Assembly: GCA_963771175.1 (NCBI GenBank)
Contig: CAVYSY010000021.1
Span: 224,001 to 288,000, forward strand
Source: an uncultured delta proteobacterium
GTDB lineage: Bacteria; Myxococcota; Myxococcia; Myxococcales; Myxococcaceae
Direction: 5' to 3'
Length of the DNA stretch: 64,000 nt
Every line of letters begins with the position of its first letter. The stretch's first letter is position 1. This document shows, piece after piece, positions 1-12,668 of the stretch. The notes under the pieces are model-generated. The model made no database searches. It was not told the origin of the DNA and worked only from the letters and a program-made list of their open reading frames with translations. The position numbers were made by a program, and so were the translations under genes.

Positions 1-175
1 CCAGCACCTCGCCTGGCGGAACCTGGCGCATCTGTCTGGGCTGGGGAAATGCACCGGTCTTGAGGTACTCCCGGGCCCACCAGTGGCCCTCGGCTCTCAC
101 CTTGCGGAGGATGGCGGCGGTGGTGCCGTAGAGCCAGGCTGGAAACTCAAGCACTGGGGACTGTTCCGGGGTCAT
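1..175 (-). CDS. Hypothetical protein, 5' part only (runs off window start)
   Basis: Minus-strand frame from ATG at 175 reads MTPEQSPVLEFPAWLYGTTAAILRKVRAEGHWWAREYLKTGAFPQPRQMRQVPPGEVL, with no stop before base 1. Confidence 0.5.
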   Translation of the reverse strand, partial: MTPEQSPVLEFPAWLYGTTAAILRKVRAEGHWWAREYLKTGAFPQPRQMRQVPPGEVL

Positions 176-1135
176 GGTCTTTTGCCCTAGCACAGCGGCC
201 AGGTGCTCCTCCATCGCCAGGCACTTCGTTCGCTCTTGCTACTTCGTCACGTCCAGGTGTTTCCAGGGACGGCTGCTGCTGCGTCCCAGCCCGGAGGTGA
301 ATGAGGTGGTTGGAGGTGTACTGGCGCGAGCTGTGGAACAGAGCGCCGGCACGGTGAGGTTGTATGCCTTCGCCTTCGCCTCCAACCACTTCCATCTGCT
401 GGTGTGGGCACGGGGGGCCGCGCTCGCCTCCTTCATGCAGTACCTACGCGCCAACCTCTCCAGGAAGGTGGGGAAGCTGGTGGACTGGAGTGGGGGCTTC
501 TGGGAGCGGCGCTACTCGGCAGAGCCGGTGCTGGACGACAGTGCGCTGGTGGGCCGGCTGCGCTACGTGCTCGCCCATGGAGTGAAGGAGGGGCTGGTGG
601 CGCGGTGCGCCGAGTGGCCGGGCCTTACGTGTCTGCCGCAGTTGCTGGGACCAGCACGGCGGCTGTTCCGCTGGTTCAACTGGACGAAGCGCTGGAGCAG
701 AAGGAGGCGTGAGGACACGGCGGTGGGGGAGGGGCGCTTCGCCGAGGAATGGGCCGAGCCGGTGGCGTTGGAGATTGCGCCACTGCCGTGCTGGCACGGA
801 ATGGGAGAGGACACGAGGAATCGCGCGGTACGGGCGCTGTTGCAGGACATAGAGGTTGAGTTCCGTGCGCGGGGCGAGCCTGTAATGGGGGTGCACAGGC
901 TGTTCGGACGCAGCACCCGCATACCCGGCCCGAGCGTCTCCAGCGCAGCCCGCGACCGCTGGGACATGCGTCCACGCGCCAGTCCCTGCGGGAGTTGCGC
1001 GAGCAGTATCGCGATTTCGTCTCGGCATTCCGAGAAGCCGCGGCTCGCTGGAGACAGGGGGACTTCTCCGCCTGCTTCCCCCGGTTCTCCTTCCCGCCGC
1101 GAGTCGTGCCCGGTCGCATCGCTCGTGTTCTTTGA
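174..1135 (+). mobile_element. REP-associated tyrosine (HUH/Y1, RAYT-like) transposase, frameshifted near 895; N-terminus possibly lost
   Basis: YFVTSRC motif, HUH motif SNHFHLL, FWERRY and catalytic-Tyr region RLRYVLAHGVKEGLV. After a frameshift near 895 the frame reads QAVRTQHPHTRPERLQRSPRPLGHAS...FPRFSFPPRVVPGRIARVL* (TGA 1133-1135). Confidence 0.8.
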
Positions 1136-1168
1136 CACCCTTCTGGAGCGCCTGCCTCCACACCGGGG

Positions 1169-1208
1169 GCTGTACAAATCGTCTGACACCTTCTGCGACA
1201 CCTTCTGC
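1169..1208 (+). repeat. 29-bp motif GCTGTACAAATCGTCTGACACCTTCTGCG (copy 1) with a tandem 12-bp duplication GACACCTTCTGC
   Basis: 1169-1197 is identical to 2973-3001; GACACCTTCTGC occurs at 1185-1196 and 1197-1208; a degenerate copy TTTGACACCCTTCTGG overlaps the RAYT stop (1131-1146). Confidence 0.9.
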
Positions 1209-1394
1209 GGCTCCGATCTCGCTGATCACGATGTTCCGATCCTGGTGATCACGATGGGCCGACGCGCGCAGTCGACAAGGCCCGCCTGGGTGAACGCATC
1301 GGGTCGCTGTCCGGCACACGGGTGGAGCAGATCCTGGCCGGCCTGCGATTCCAGCAGGTGTCGTTCTTCGAGCGGTAGCGAACGACTACCGCAC

Positions 1395-2168
1395 TCAACC
1401 CTGGCCCTGCTTGTGAGCGGGACACAGGAAAATGCTGAGGTACTCGGGTGTAGAACTCCCGACGCGCACGAGCTGGGGCGTTATGTCTTGGCCATAGACC
1501 TGGGCCAACGGTGGGCTGATCTTCTCCTGGAGAGAGCGGGCGGCTTCTTGCTCGCTCGGCTCGTACCGGATCTGCACACCCTCCGCCCGATAGCCCACCC
1601 GGTCGTTCACCACCTTGGGGAGCTTGCGCACGCGGATACCCCCGACTGCATTCGCTCCAGCCAGTGTCTCTCTCCGCAGGGTGTCGGCAACCGCATTGGC
1701 GTGCTGTTCTCCCATCGGTTCGTTGTCGCAGTAGAAGATATCGACATTCCAGCTCTCCGAGCGTGGCGTTCCAGCTGGCGTGGGCACCTGAGCGATAGGT
1801 TGCTCCCCGGCCAAGAAGCGTGCCTCATCCTGGGCCTCAGTGGACTGGGCACCCACCTGGATGGCTTGCAGCAGGCTTGCGCGTAAGCTGGACTCGGGCG
1901 GCATGGCCTCCACGAGCGCCGTCGCAACCCGCTCCATCCGCTCGTTGCGCTCCTTGAGAGCCGAGACCACTTCCTTGTAGACGCTGAGGCTGTATTCGTC
2001 GCTGTGCTTGAGTGACTCCAGGGCGTGGGAGGCCTCGCGCTGCTTCTCCTGGATCATCTCGAGATTGCGCTGGGTCTGCGTATTGAGCCAGAGCGAGAGC
2101 GATGTCACGACCAACGTGCCGCCGATTCCCACCGCCTCCATTGCCGTCTTGAAGCTATTCCAATTCAT
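1395..2168 (-). CDS. Hypothetical protein with N-terminal hydrophobic helix and coiled coil
   Basis: ORF from ATG 2168 (MNWNSFKTAMEAVGIGGTLVVTSLSLWL...), about 257 aa, protein-like composition. Confidence 0.65.
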   Translation of the reverse strand: MNWNSFKTAMEAVGIGGTLVVTSLSLWLNTQTQRNLEMIQEKQREASHALESLKHSDEYSLSVYKEVVSALKERNERMERVATALVEAMPPESSLRASLLQAIQVGAQSTEAQDEARFLAGEQPIAQVPTPAGTPRSESWNVDIFYCDNEPMGEQHANAVADTLRRETLAGANAVGGIRVRKLPKVVNDRVGYRAEGVQIRYEPSEQEAARSLQEKISPPLAQVYGQDITPQLVRVGSSTPEYLSIFLCPAHKQGQG

Positions 2169-2400
2169 GGCTGGCTCAGCCTTCCTGATTGCAGGGACGG
2201 GGCAGAGGCTCGGGTCTTGCCTACTGCCTCCCTCACCTGAAGAAGATGAGCAGCGCCGAGGCGTAGAGGTAGAACGGACGGGCGCGCCTTGGGTACTGCC
2301 GACTGGCAGGCGAGGGTGCTGGCAGTGCGAGCGGCGCAGAGGAGCAACGTTGAACTTTCTGCTCCGCTCGCTTGATATGCCCACATCACGAGGAGGTGCC

Positions 2401-3030
2401 ATGAGAGCCACGCTCGGAGTCTGTCTGGTCATGTTGGTGGCGGGCTGTGCCCACGCTCCGGAGAAGGCTCCGGAGTCAGCGTCCCCGCAGGCCGCCAGCT
2501 CGCAGGAGCTGTCCTCCCGGGCCGACAAGGCGTACGACGCGCAGGACTTCCCCGCCTGCGCGGAGCTGTTCCGGCAGGCCGCGGAGGCCAGCCCCGAGGA
2601 TGACGCCCGCGCCACCGCCCTCTACAGCGCTGCGGGGTGCCCGGCACTGGCGGGCAAGCCCTCCCAGGCGCTCGAGCTGCTGAAGCGCTCGGTCCAGAGT
2701 GGCTACTTCGACCCGGACACCCTGCAGTACGACCCGGAGCTGGCCTCGGTCCACTCGCTCGCCGGCTGGCAGGAGGTGGGCGTTCGAGCCCAGGCCAACC
2801 TGGCGAAGGCGCCAAACCCGCCGATGCCCGTCGCCAGGCTCGCGGGCATCGATGTCTACGGCTCGCGCCGCGTCGAGGCCGAGGCCGTCCGCAAGGTGCT
2901 CGGCTTCGAGCTGGGAAAGCCCATCGTGGCCAGCAAGGCCCTGTTCCGGCAGAAAGAGGAGACCCTGCGCAAGCTGTACAAATCGTCTGACACCTTCTGC
3001 GGGTCACCCGCGCGCTTCGCGGCCTCGTAG
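2401..3030 (+). pseudogene. TPR-containing lipoprotein, apparently 3'-truncated
   Basis: RBS GAGGAGG, lipobox LVAGC, TPR-like helices (ALYSAAGCPALAGKPSQALELLKRSVQSGY); the protein-like sequence ends at the 29-bp repeat at 2973. Confidence 0.65.
2973..3001 (+). repeat. 29-bp motif, copy 2
   Basis: Exact match to 1169-1197. Confidence 0.9.
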
Positions 3031-3159
3031 CGAGCCACCTCTTCGCGCTCGTCGTACAGCAGGTGCGCGCTCGCGCCCGGTCCTGGTGTTCCAGCGCTGG
3101 TGCGGGCACAGTCCGGGCGGCGTACGCCCAAGGAATGACCTCGGTCATGGAGGTAGGTC

Positions 3160-3603
3160 TTGCACGAGTTTCCGCTGACGCTTCACTGGGAAGGTTCCAC
3201 GGCCGCCGAGTATCCCCGTGATGCCGTGGCCCGCACGACGGGGAAGCAGGACCTCGCGGTGAGCGCGGCGCCCGCGTATGGAGGGGATGGCTCGCGCTGG
3301 AACCCCGAGGACCTGTTCGGCGCCTCGCTGGCCACCTGCCACATGCTCACCTTCCTCGCGCTGGCGAAGAAGGCGCGCCTGGACGTGCGCGGCTACGAGG
3401 ACCACGTCACCGTCACGCTCGACACCGTGGACAAGGTGTCGCGAATCACCCGGGTGCGCCTGGCGCCGACCATCCGCGTGGCCCCTGGCACGGACCCCGC
3501 GAAGGTGCGCGAGATGTTCGAGAAGGCCCACAAGTACTGCTTCATCGGCCTGAGCATCACCTCCGAGGTGCTCATGGAGCCCACCATCGAAGAGGCCCGG
3601 TGA
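3160..3603 (+). CDS. OsmC/Ohr family protein
   Basis: WNPEDLFGASLATCHMLTFL and AHKYCFI two-cysteine motifs; RBS GGAGG upstream. Confidence 0.9.
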   Translation: MHEFPLTLHWEGSTAAEYPRDAVARTTGKQDLAVSAAPAYGGDGSRWNPEDLFGASLATCHMLTFLALAKKARLDVRGYEDHVTVTLDTVDKVSRITRVRLAPTIRVAPGTDPAKVREMFEKAHKYCFIGLSITSEVLMEPTIEEAR

Positions 3604-3606
3604 GTC

Positions 3607-6377
3607 CTACCAGGTCACCTCGAAGGGGATGCTCTGCCCGCGCTGGAAGCTCAGCGGCACTCGGGCCCGGCCCTCGCTGACCGTCACCGGCACCCCGGTG
3701 CCCCCCACGCGCACGACAGGCGTGCGGCCCGCTGGCACGGCCACGTTCAGCCAGGTGCTCCCGGAGTTGTACGCACGGTAGGTCCCCCCCACGCGGTTGG
3801 GGGAGACCTCCAGGCGCAGCAGCGGTGTCTGCACCACGTAGGTGTCCTTGCCACCGCCGCGTGGAGTGAGGTTCAACCCATTGCCCGCGGGCTCGACACC
3901 GGCCGTGCGTAGCAGGCCGAGCACCCACATCGCGTCGGGGTTCATGTTGGCCACGGGGAAGTCGCTCATGGGGGTGACGGGGCTGGTCCACGTGCCGCCG
4001 TCCGTGCCCGCGGAGTTGAAGCCATCCGGGCCGGACCAGAGGCCGATCCACTGCTCGGGCCAGACGCGCGCATGCGTGGTGGAGAGGTGCTCCTCCAGGC
4101 TACGCCAGGCGCTCGCGGGCCGGTAGCGGGCGTAGGCCCACGTCATGAGCTGGCTGATGGCGGGCCACACCATGCCGCCGGGGCGCATGCGCGGGCCCAT
4201 GGGGGAATCCGCATCGAGCCTCGACTCGACCTCGTTGAGCACCCGCTCCCGCTGGGTGGGGTCGAGCACCTCGGCGAGCAGCCCCCACGGCTGGGCCTCG
4301 AGGTCGATATAGGTCGCGTTGAACCAGTCGAAGCTCCAGTCATTGCCCTTGAGGTAGGCCATGTTGAGGCTGTTGCGCAGCCAGGCACGGCCGAACCAGC
4401 GCCCGCCGAAGGTCTTCCGCACCGGGCCCACCAGGCTGTCGGCGTAGCCGCGCATCTGCGAGGCCAGTCCCGGAATCCGCGGCCTCCAGGTGGCTGGCCG
4501 CCAGCCGCAGCACCACCAATGCCATCTGGCTGTTGGGCACCGACTCTCCCTGGGAGATGGTGAAGGGAGATGGCGGTGGGCGAGGGGTCCTCGTAGACGA
4601 TGCCATCGGACCAGTCCCCGTCCCACAGCCGGATGAGGCCGTTGGGGCCCCGGCCCACGCGCTCGACCAGGTGGCGGAAGGCCACTCTCGCGTGGTCCAG
4701 CACCGTATCCCCGGACACCCAGGCGGGCCGCCCGGCGCCCCGGGGGTAGAAGGGCACCGTCTCCGAGAGGAAGGCACGGTCGCCGGTCGCCGCCAGGTAT
4801 TCGGAGAGGGCGAGCAGCAGGAAGAGGTCCAGGTCCGAGGGGTTGTTGTGGAGGGTGGCCCCCTCATGCACTCCGTGGCCCGTGAAGGCATAGGTGATCT
4901 GCCCCGTCACGGCGTTCTGCAGGGAGAGGATGAGCCGGAGGTTGCCTCGGGCCACCTCCGGGTCCAGCCAGGTGGTGGCGGCGGCGAAGAGGGCCTGATC
5001 CCGAGGTGCCCCATCCGCGCCATGCAGATAGAGGTAGGCCGAGCCCTGGGGGGTGTAGAGCGTGTTGTAGTACTCGCTGAACAGGCCGTTGCCCAGGAGC
5101 TGGGCGCTGCGCCAGGCCGTCTCGCGGTGCATGAGCGGGCTGCCGGGAATGGCCGCGTAGGCCAGGCGCTCCCTCCACTGCGCCAGGGAGGAGGCGAGCG
5201 GCGTGGGGTTGGCGGCGGGGGTGTAGCGCAGCAGCATGTCGAGCGAGGCGCCCTGGGGCAGGTAGCCATAGACGAAGCGCAGCCGCCTCGTCTCCCCTGG
5301 AGCCAGGGTGAGGTCCGAGCGGAAGGCGAGCATGGCCGGCTGCCCGAAGCCCTCCACCGGCCCGAGCAGCCCGCCCGGGGTGCCACTGGACACGGCCTCG
5401 GGAGCCGCGGGGGTGCCCGCGCCGAAGAAGGCGTCCTGGTGGGTGTGCACGCCATTCACCGGCGCATCCAGGGCGGCGAGGAAGACATCCGGCGGATACC
5501 AGTCCATGGCGGAGACCACCTCCCGCGCGGGCACCGTCTCCCCCGGCTTGGGCCGTAGCGAGGCGAGCAGCACGGGAATGCCCGACAGTGAGGTGGAGGT
5601 GGTCTGCTGGAGGAAGCGGCCGTTGAGGTTGTCGCGGCTGGAGTCGCTCGGCCCCGCCCCCAGCCCCGTCCTCACCCACTCCGTGAGGAGCTGGTGGCGG
5701 TTCACATCCCAGTACTCGTAGTGGCTGAACGTGCGGCTGACGGTCGAGGTGTTGGTGAGCTCCACCTCGTCGAGCAGCAGGGGCTCGTCCCCCGCGGGGG
5801 CGTGGAGGACGTGCCGCACGCGCAGCCCATTCACCTCGGTGACGGTCTCGTAGTAGCCCAGGCCGAACAGGCGCTTGCGGGTGGTGGCGCTCGCGGGGGC
5901 GTAGCGGTAGGCCGAGCACCAGGTGCCGGCGCCGTCCTTCACGTAGGAGAAACCTCCGGCCAGGTTGCGCTGGGACTCGGAGAAGCGGTTGAGCCAGGTG
6001 GGGCCGCGCTCACCGCTGAGCAGGACGACATAGCCATCATCCACGGCCATGAAGTTGGTGCGCCGGTTGCCCATGACGATGAAGTGGTCGCGGCGCTCGC
6101 GCAGCAGGGGGAAGATGTCCTCGCTGTTGGGCCAGGCGCCTCGCGGGTCGTTGAGCTGGTCGAAGGTGTAGTCGAAGGCGGGCAGCCCGTGCTCATCCGT
6201 GCGCCACTGGCCGAAGATGCCGCCCCCCTCGGAGCAGGAGGGGAAGGTGGTGATGCGCTCGGGGTCGGGCGCGGCGCAGGGCAGGGCCTGCGCGTGGGCC
6301 ACCCACGACCCGAGCAACAGCCAGCCCCACACCAGGAGCCTCCATGGACGCCAGATGCTTGCTGCTTTCGAATCCAT
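3607..6377 (-). CDS. Secreted glycoside hydrolase/phosphorylase-like protein (GH94/GH36-type alpha6-barrel), frameshifted about 4480-4570
   Basis: Signal peptide, GADGAPRDQALF, GDWSDG motif, C-terminal WSGPDGFN; reading continues across two frames. Confidence 0.65.
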
Positions 6378-6751
6378 GTCTCTCCTCCTCGGCCCCCATG
6401 CGGAGCACCTCCGCACCATAAGAGCCTATTGCAGGCCAATCAGGGCTCGCTGATTCCCTGGTCGTACGCGGACGACGAGTTGTCATCCCTGCGAGGCTCC
6501 AGCCTCCGCAACGAGATCCGGATGGAACCGCGCGAGGGCGCACTCTGGGTCATAGCTCCCAGCGGCGAGTACGTCAGCCGCGTGCTCACCGTGGATGGCG
6601 ACATCGGCGTCACTGTCTCGGTCTGTGAGGGAGTCGAGACGTGCGCGGCGATGGTACCCGTGCACCACGTGAGCAACCTGCAGGTCTTCTGACGCTCCCC
6701 CAAGCAGGTGCGGAGGAGGCGAGCATGTCCCGGTCCGTCTCGTGGGGAGGC

Positions 6752-7213
6752 TCAGGCCGCCTCGCGGAACCGGTCCACGAAGCTCTGGGCGGAGGCGAGC
6801 TCGACGCCGTGGTAGCGGGCGATGTCCCGGGCAATCGCCTCGGGCGTCTCCCCATCGCGCAGCCGCATCCGCACGTTGTGCTCGAACGGCTCGAGGATGC
6901 GCCGGGCCTCCTCCCCCGAGAGGGCTGCTTTGGGTGCGGTGCGTCGTGGGGCCGCCTTCCCCAGCTCGACGCGCGCCTGCACGTACGTGAGGAGGTTCGA
7001 GACGAGGAAGTACCACGTCATGAAGAAGGAGATGGTCCCCCACCATCCGAGCGTCAGGTTGCGCAGGGTGTGGTGCCAGAAGGTCTGTCCCAGGCAACTC
7101 CGGCACAGCTCGCCCTGGGTCGTGTACGACTGGCGCAGGAAGAGCATCCCCACGTTGTGGTGGAGCTCGACATAGGCCGTCGGCTCGGACTGGTAGCAGA
7201 GGTCACACCGCAT
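6752..7213 (-). CDS. Hypothetical membrane protein with CxxC...CxxC N-terminus
   Basis: CDLC...CRSC followed by hydrophobic LTLGWWGTISFFMTWYFL. Confidence 0.7.
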   Translation of the reverse strand: MRCDLCYQSEPTAYVELHHNVGMLFLRQSYTTQGELCRSCLGQTFWHHTLRNLTLGWWGTISFFMTWYFLVSNLLTYVQARVELGKAAPRRTAPKAALSGEEARRILEPFEHNVRMRLRDGETPEAIARDIARYHGVELASAQSFVDRFREAA

Positions 7214-7391
7214 GCGGGCTCGGAGGATAGCCCGGGAGCGCTCGTCCTGGCAGGGGGTCGCCTGACAGGGGTAGCTGCTGCGCGGGGCTCAACACCACGC
7301 GAGCTGGGGTGGCCCCTGCGCCGGGGCCAGCTTCGCGGGCCGCGAGGGCAGTTGCAGGTGCTCCAAAATACGGTGCGCAGTGTTTTGGGAC

Positions 7392-9431
7392 TCACAAGCG
7401 GTGCGAGAGGCCCGCTCCCGCGTACACCGTGAGGGGTGGTGCCGGCTCGAAGTAGCGCCCCCGGCTCGCGTTCACCCGCACGTTGTCGCTGTAGCGCGCC
7501 GACAGGAGGTTCTGCAGCCCCAGGAATGGGCTCACCTCGAAGGCTCCCATCGGGAAGCGGTGCCCCAGTCGCGCGTTCACCACCCAGGCCGTGTGCTCGC
7601 GCACCGTGTTCGCGTCGTCCGCGTACAGGCCCCCCACGCTGTACGCCTCCACCGCCGCCAGGGCTCCGCTCGCGTGCTGGTACACCGCCTCCGCTCCCAC
7701 CTGGTGGGCCGGAATGCCCGGTACCCGCTTGCCCCGGAGCTGCTTCCCCTGCGGCGCGTAGTCGCGGAACGTCGCCTGCAACGCGTTGTACGCCGCGCGT
7801 ACCCGCAGCTCCCGCGTCAGCTTCGCCTCCAGCGCCACCTCCGCCCCCAGGTGCCGCGAGCGCCCCGTGTTGCGGAAGTACGCGCGGGCGTTCTCGTCCT
7901 CGAAGCGCACCAGCCCGTCCAGGACCCGCACCGAGAACAGCGCCACGTCGTAGCGCAGCCGGCCCCACAGCGTCCCCCTCGCCCCCAGCTCCACGCTGTC
8001 CGAGTGCTGCGGCTTCAAGTCCCTCGACAGCCCTCCGCCCGCCCCCGATGGCAATGCCAGCTCCGTCGTCGTCGGCGCCTCGAAGGACTGGGAGAGGTTC
8101 GCGAACACCGACACCTCCGGCCGCGGTGCCCAGATGAGCCCCAGCCGTCCCGTGGGCTGCCCGAACGTCCGAGTCCCCGTTCCGTCTCCGTCCTCCTTCA
8201 GGAAGTCCGTCACCGCGTAGCGAGACACGTCGTACCGTGCCCCCGCCACCAGCGTCAGGCGCTCGCGCAACTCCAGCTCCTCCTGCGCGAAGAGGCCCAG
8301 CGCCGTCACGTCCTCGTCCTGGTCGAGCTGCAACGTGCTCCCGGGCTGGCCGTCCACGTTGTCGAAGTTCTTCCGCCGGTCCGCCTGCGCCTGCAGCTCC
8401 GTCCCCAGCGTGAAGCGGCTGCGCAGTCCGAGCAGCGGCGCCCGGTTGCCGTAGCGCACCGCCACCCCGTCGAACGTCCGGTCGAACGCCACCACCAGCG
8501 AGGGCAGCGCGTTCTGGAAGCGCCGCAGCGCCAGGAAGCCATTCGCCTCCACCTCGTGGGACTCGCCCAGGCGTCGGCGGTACGTCAGCCCCAGCCGGCC
8601 CTGCCGCACCGACTCGCCCGCGCGGAAGCGCAGGTTGGTGGGCGAGGCCTGTCGTGGGTTCTCCTCCGCCTCCTCCCGCGTCAACCCGCCCGCGTCCTCC
8701 GCCTCCGGCGCGTCCACCAGCGACAGCACCGCCTTCAACTCCGAGCGCTCGTCCGGCGTCCAGCCCACCTTCCCGTTCAGCAGCACCTGCTCCGTGCCCG
8801 ACAGCCGCCGCCAGCCCTGCTGCGTCAGCCGCGACGCGCTCACCAGCCAGCGCACGTCCCCGCTCTTCCCCCCGCCCTTCACGTGCAGCTTCCACAGGCC
8901 CTCGTCCCCGTGCAGCGTCCGCGCCTCCACGAAGGGCCGCTCCGGGCCCTCCTCGGTGGTGATGCTCACCACGCCGCCCGCCGCGTTGCCGTACAGCGAC
9001 GAGGCCAGTCCCCGCAGCACCTCGATACGCGCCGCCGAGGCCAGGTCCAGGCTGTCCACGTTCGTCTGCCCGTCCGGCAGCGTCTCCGGGAAGCCGTCCA
9101 CCACCACCGTCACTCCCCGGATGCCGAACGCCGAGCGCGCTCCGAACCCGCGGATGGAGAGCCGCAGGTCCTGCGAGGCGTTGTTCCGGCTCTGCACGAC
9201 GAGCCCCGGTGTCGCCACCAGTCCCTCGTACAGACCCAGCGTGGGGCGAGCGTCCTGGATGTCCTCCCGCTCCACCACGCTCACCGCCGCCGGCGTGCGA
9301 CTCAGTGGCGTGGGCACCTTCGGCGCCACCACCGTCGTCTCCTGGCTCGTGGCCGGTGGGGGCCCTTCCTCGGGGGAGGGCGTCTGAGACAGCGTGACGG
9401 ACAGCAGCGCGCAGGGGAGCAACCAGGACAT
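7392..9431 (-). CDS. TonB-dependent receptor (YncD-like)
   Basis: Plug motifs LSIRGFGARSAFGIRG and RIEVLRGLASSLYGNAAGGVV; beta-barrel C-terminus YFEPAPPLTVYAGAGLSHRL. Confidence 0.9.
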   Translation of the reverse strand: MSWLLPCALLSVTLSQTPSPEEGPPPATSQETTVVAPKVPTPLSRTPAAVSVVEREDIQDARPTLGLYEGLVATPGLVVQSRNNASQDLRLSIRGFGARSAFGIRGVTVVVDGFPETLPDGQTNVDSLDLASAARIEVLRGLASSLYGNAAGGVVSITTEEGPERPFVEARTLHGDEGLWKLHVKGGGKSGDVRWLVSASRLTQQGWRRLSGTEQVLLNGKVGWTPDERSELKAVLSLVDAPEAEDAGGLTREEAEENPRQASPTNLRFRAGESVRQGRLGLTYRRRLGESHEVEANGFLALRRFQNALPSLVVAFDRTFDGVAVRYGNRAPLLGLRSRFTLGTELQAQADRRKNFDNVDGQPGSTLQLDQDEDVTALGLFAQEELELRERLTLVAGARYDVSRYAVTDFLKEDGDGTGTRTFGQPTGRLGLIWAPRPEVSVFANLSQSFEAPTTTELALPSGAGGGLSRDLKPQHSDSVELGARGTLWGRLRYDVALFSVRVLDGLVRFEDENARAYFRNTGRSRHLGAEVALEAKLTRELRVRAAYNALQATFRDYAPQGKQLRGKRVPGIPAHQVGAEAVYQHASGALAAVEAYSVGGLYADDANTVREHTAWVVNARLGHRFPMGAFEVSPFLGLQNLLSARYSDNVRVNASRGRYFEPAPPLTVYAGAGLSHRL

Positions 9432-9489
9432 CCAGAGTGCCTTCGCGGGTCGGGAGAGGCGCAGTGTGTACCGGCGCGGCGCGGGCGCG

Positions 9490-9774
9490 CTAGCGCTCCA
9501 CCTGCACGCCCTTCCAGAAGGCCACATGGCCCTGGATGTTGCGCGCCGCGTCCTTCGGCTCCGGGTAGTACCAGGCCGCGTCCTTGTTCACCTTCCCGTC
9601 CACCACCACGTCGTAGTAGCTCGCCATGCCTTTCCACGGGCAGGTGCTGTGCGTGCTGCTGTCCTTCAGCACCTCGCGCTTCACCGCCTCCTTGGGGAAA
9701 TAGACGTTGCCCTCCACCACCTCGTACGTGCCGCTCTCGGCGAGCACCACTCCGTTCCACATCGCGCGGGCCAT
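9490..9774 (-). CDS. DUF427 domain protein
   Basis: VEGNVYFP, STCPWKGMASYY, AAWYYPEPK, HVAFWKGV. Confidence 0.9.
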   Translation of the reverse strand: MARAMWNGVVLAESGTYEVVEGNVYFPKEAVKREVLKDSSTHSTCPWKGMASYYDVVVDGKVNKDAAWYYPEPKDAARNIQGHVAFWKGVQVER

Positions 9775-9992
9775 GGAATCCTCCTCGTATTGGCGTTCCC
9801 CGCATCTCTAACACCCCGTTTCCGGGTGCTCCGCTCTTCGTGGAGGGAGCGGGCAGGCGGTGCTCCTTCTGTTGTCTCCCCGTCTGGTCAGCGCGTGAGG
9901 GGAGTGTCCGCTGGTGGAAAGCGGGTCGCCTGGTGGAAAGGTGAGAGACGTCTCGGGTTGTTCTGGTGCTGTTAAAGTTCTCCGTTTCCGTC

Positions 9993-12209
<2,217 letters not shown>

Positions 12210-12213
<4 letters not shown>

Positions 12214-12661
12214 GTCACGACACCCGCGGCACGACCCGATCGAAATCCTCCTGGTGGAGGACAACCCCGGCGACGTCCGCCTGACCATCGAGGCCCTCAA
12301 GGAGGGCAAGGTGCGCAACAGCCTCTCCGTCGCGCGCGACGGGGTGGAGGCGCTGGCCTTCCTTCGCCGCGAGGGCCCGCACGCCAACGCCTCGCGGCCG
12401 GACCTCATCCTGCTGGATCTGAACCTGCCCAGGAAGGACGGGCGCGAGGTGCTGGCGGAGATCAAGGAAGACTCGCGCCTGCGCCGCATCCCCGTGGTGG
12501 TGCTCACCACGTCGAAGGCGGAGGAGGACATCCTGCGGACGTACGACCTGCACGCCAACTGCTACATCACCAAGCCCGTGGACCTGGAGCAGTTCATCTC
12601 CGTGGTGCGCTCCATCGACGACTTCTGGCTCTCGGTGGTGCGGCTGCCGACGGTGGAGTGA
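12210..12661 (+). CDS. Single-domain response regulator (Rcp1-like)
   Basis: [33 protein letters not shown] overlap with kinase; frameshift just after the start. Confidence 0.9.
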
Positions 12662-12668
12662 GGTGGCC

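Noticed and set aside
174..1886. 570-aa RAYT with a long C-terminal extension
   Set aside because: The extension results from the frameshift near 895 and runs antisense over the 1395-2168 gene; the real C-terminus ends at 1135.
6521..6692. Possible small plus-strand ORF (MEPREGALWVIAPSGEY...)
   Set aside because: No clear RBS or motif; it cannot be distinguished from a gene remnant or a chance frame.
7380..9944. Long antisense ORFs (e.g. 7380..9944, 20129..22102, 25124..27265, 59023..61041)
   Set aside because: These are shadow ORFs opposite well-supported genes, expected in high-GC DNA, and they lack recognisable motifs.
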